A DNA stretch of 62,836 bases, filler included, from Chrysochromulina tobinii (Eukaryota): NCBI GenBank assembly GCA_001275005.1. It is 6 parts of 6 records of this genome, joined end to end, with 100 filler letters (N's around TTAATTAATTAA, not from the genome) between each part and the next. Parts side by side here need not be neighbours in the genome. Positions count along the whole stretch, not along the records: positions 60,111 to 62,836 come from JWZX01000551.1; 5 more parts are not named here. The stretch is one strand, 5' to 3'. The stretch's first letter is position 1; each line of letters opens with the position of its first letter. This document shows positions 60,111 to 62,836 of this stretch, in pieces. The translations under genes and the position numbers were made by a program. Under the pieces are notes generated by a model. It saw only the letters and a program-made list of their open reading frames with translations. It was not told where the DNA came from and made no database searches.

Positions 60111-62836
60111 GTACACGAGCACCTGCCGAACGCGCTCGCCGCACGACCGAAGCCCTCGCACGCTGAGGCCAAGCGCGTCGAGCAGGCCGTGCACCTGATC
60201 CGCCATCTGCTGACGCCCGGAGCTCCCACCCAGTCGAGCCACCGTCTGCTCACCCATCGGCGTCGAAAGCAGCTTACGTAGCATGTGTTGCACGAGATCC
60301 TCCACCTGCCCGCGCTCCACGACGAGGGACTGCTCGGCGGCGTTACTGCGTCCCTCCGCGCCGTGCAGGAGCGCTGCGTACGTGGTGCTCACGTGCGCAA
60401 TGTACGCCGCGACGGTGCTCGGATCCAGCCGTGCCGAGCGCATCAGCTCGGCGAGCGACGCGCCAAACACGAGCTCCATGATCACGTGCCCATGCCTGAA
60501 CATGTGGAAGTGCGCCTCGTTGCGAGGCCACGTTGCGACGCCGCGGGCGGTGCGCAGCTCGTTGACACGATCGACGACGAGGTGCAGCCCGTCATTGTAC
60601 GCCTCGTACGGAAGGCGCTGCTCCGAAAAGTCGTCCGCGGACGCCACCTGGCACCGTCGGCGTGCTTCCTGGCCCATGAGCCACGAGAAGCGACGCCCGT
60701 CATTGAGCGCCCGAAACACGGGCACCCCCTCTCCAGTGCCTGCTCGCACATGCGTCAGCGCTCCACTGAGCTCGAGGTACATGAGCAGCACGCACGCGTT
60801 GCAGAGCGGGATGTCGCCCGTGCTCGTGTCAAACTGCCAGCCCATGGTTGAGGACACGCTCCATGCCAGCCCGTCGGAGCGCCCCGAGAACCCCTTGGAC
60901 GAGCACGGGCAGCTGCGCGAGTGCTGCACCCACCGCTTAAAGCCCTCCCCCGCCCCGTCCGCCTTCGAGTTTGGGAGCGTCACGAGGATGTCGTTCGTGC
61001 GCGCGTGCTTGCCAAAGGCGAGGTTCTCGAGGTTGAGCGCGTGCACGTCGCTCGCCCGCAGCGCCACCATGTAGGCGAGCGTGAAGATGGACGCGTGCAG
61101 CAAGTCGCACGCCACGCCGAACACGAGCACGCTCAGGAGCTCGTGCATCACCTCCTCCGTCGCCGCCATGGCCCGAAACACGCGCTGGCGCACGCTCAGC
61201 TGGCGGGCGAGGGCAAACGCGTGCACCACCGGCCGATGCTGCAACGCGAGCACGGCGGTGTAGTCGGGCACCTTGCCGCGCCCGGGCATGCGCACCGACG
61301 GCCAGCCGCAGCAGGCAAGCAGGTACCAACTGAGCGCCTGCTTCATGGCGATGATGCTCGACTCCGCAAACGGCCGCACGCGGTTCATCGCATCGAACGC
61401 GTTGGGGCCGACGTTGCGCACGCCCACAGCATCGTCGGGAGCCGCCTGCTGCAGCCGGCTCCGAAGGCTGCCCCGCGAGCGAGGAGGTGCACATGCCCAA
61501 AAGACTGTCACGCGCCTCACGACGGCATCTCCAATGTGCAGGCGCGCCTCGAGCCCTTCCAAAGTCTCTTCACTCCCCGTGTGCTCGAAGACGCCGCCCT
61601 CGGCGTGCATCGCACGAACCACGCGAGCAAAGGTGCCGTTCAAGATCGCCATGCCCTGCACGAGGCGGGCATCCGTCGGGTTGAGCGACACCATAACAGC
61701 CCGTCGACGTTCCGCATCCGTGGCTCCGAGATCTTCCACGGCCATGACGGCGAGCAGAGCCTCCACCTCCGTTCGCGTGACGGCCTCGATGACGATGGCA
61801 GCCACGCCTCCGCGAGGGAACGCCAAGCGAGCCTCCAAGCCCTCCCCCGAAGATCGGCACATGTCCAAGAAGGCGAGCCCAATGTACGCTCGATGGCGGG
61901 AAAGCCATTCCCGCTGCACCGCGTCCAAGACGCCGGCGTAGCCCGCAGTTGCTGCCTGCAGGTAGTGATCGAACCGGCGCACGGACGCAAGCTTGTCCAC
62001 CGCCGCCTGCCCCAGATGCCCGGTGGCTTCGCGCTGCGCCTCGAGCCGTGCCTTCAACGCGGTGCGTACGACCTCCTCGTCCAGGTTCGCCTGGGATGCC
62101 GCTGGGATGAGCGAGACCATCGGAAGGGCGACGGTGGCAAGAGAGGTGCGAGTAAAGAGAGCGACAGGTTGAGCACACAAGCAACCCGTTCGCACGACCA
62201 ACGACGACTCGCCACGCTGTCGATGAGCCCCTTTGCCGCTCTGCCTCCACGGTGGCTCTTGAGGCTCCGATATCGTAGGCAGAGCAAGCACACCGATCGG
62301 TATGGCGTCGACCAGTGGCCCTGCATCGACCACCATTGGCACCGTAAGCATGCCCTCCGACGCGAGGACTACCTGACGTGCCGCAGACTGCACGAGCGGT
62401 GTCTGATCTGGGATGCAAGCAATGACGAGGCCGCCCTGCGGTGGCGCTGCCACCACCGGCAGCGCTTCTGTGAGGCGTTCAGCATCGAGGCCGCCGCCAG
62501 CACGTGAGAGCACGGCCCAGCCGGTGGCATATGCATGGACCTCAAATACCAACGACCGTCGCTGTGTCCCGCTGACAGTCGCTGTGACAGAGAGCACAGA
62601 GCTCGAGAGTTCCTCGAGCGGCGCCTCGAGCCATCGAAGGCCCTGCCGCCACAGCAGCACGGCTCGGCCCTTGCTCCACTTGCACCCAAGCGCCTCTTCA
62701 ACGGATGCAACCTGAGCTCCCTCTATAGCGGCAACCTCGAGCCGGCTCCGAAGCCGCCAGTCATACAGCAGCACAGCCTGCGCTGCTGCGGGAAGCGACA
62801 CGAGCACGCGCTCAAGGCCACCCCGCGTGTCCTCCG
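60111..62836 (-). CDS. Large tyrosine recombinase (about 900 aa visible, open at both ends), probably from a mobile element
   Basis: Core-binding helix AESSIIAMKQALSWY; FTLAYMVALRASDV (R), VTLPNSKAD (K), HFHMFRHG (HxxR), STVAAYI (Y). Confidence 0.85.

Overview
This window is GC-rich eukaryotic DNA, most likely a haptophyte (prymnesiophyte)-type algal genome or MAG. The taxonomy is inferred from gene families, G|GTGCGC donors and TGATGA/TGATTG-rich introns. It is six unrelated contigs joined by artificial 100-nt N-TTAATTAATTAA-N spacers (1-18349, 18450-28433, 28534-33819, 33920-44266, 44367-60010, 60111-62836), so gene order across spacers means nothing. Recognisable genes: TLC-domain protein, flavin amine oxidase, RING-H2 ligase, dolichol kinase, PLAC8 protein, ArfGAP, malic enzyme, an LRR/extensin surface protein, MED21, pirin, the N-terminal part of ATM, VPS34, two TKL receptor-like kinases, a Skp1-F-box-LRR fusion, an SMB-pectin acetylesterase/Notum protein, and a long tyrosine recombinase. 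The most striking observation is a cluster of near-identical introns in one coiled-coil gene. Each is a duplicate of the downstream exon start (8-34 nt, beginning GTGCGC, which supplies the donor) plus a shared 34-39-nt module that supplies the acceptor, and two of them are perfect tandem doublets. This looks like an intron-generating element caught in the act. Also present: a structured dispersed repeat found on two contigs, three tiny retroposon-like insertions with target-site duplications and microsatellite tails, and a scrambled DIRS-like (YR + RT) relic.
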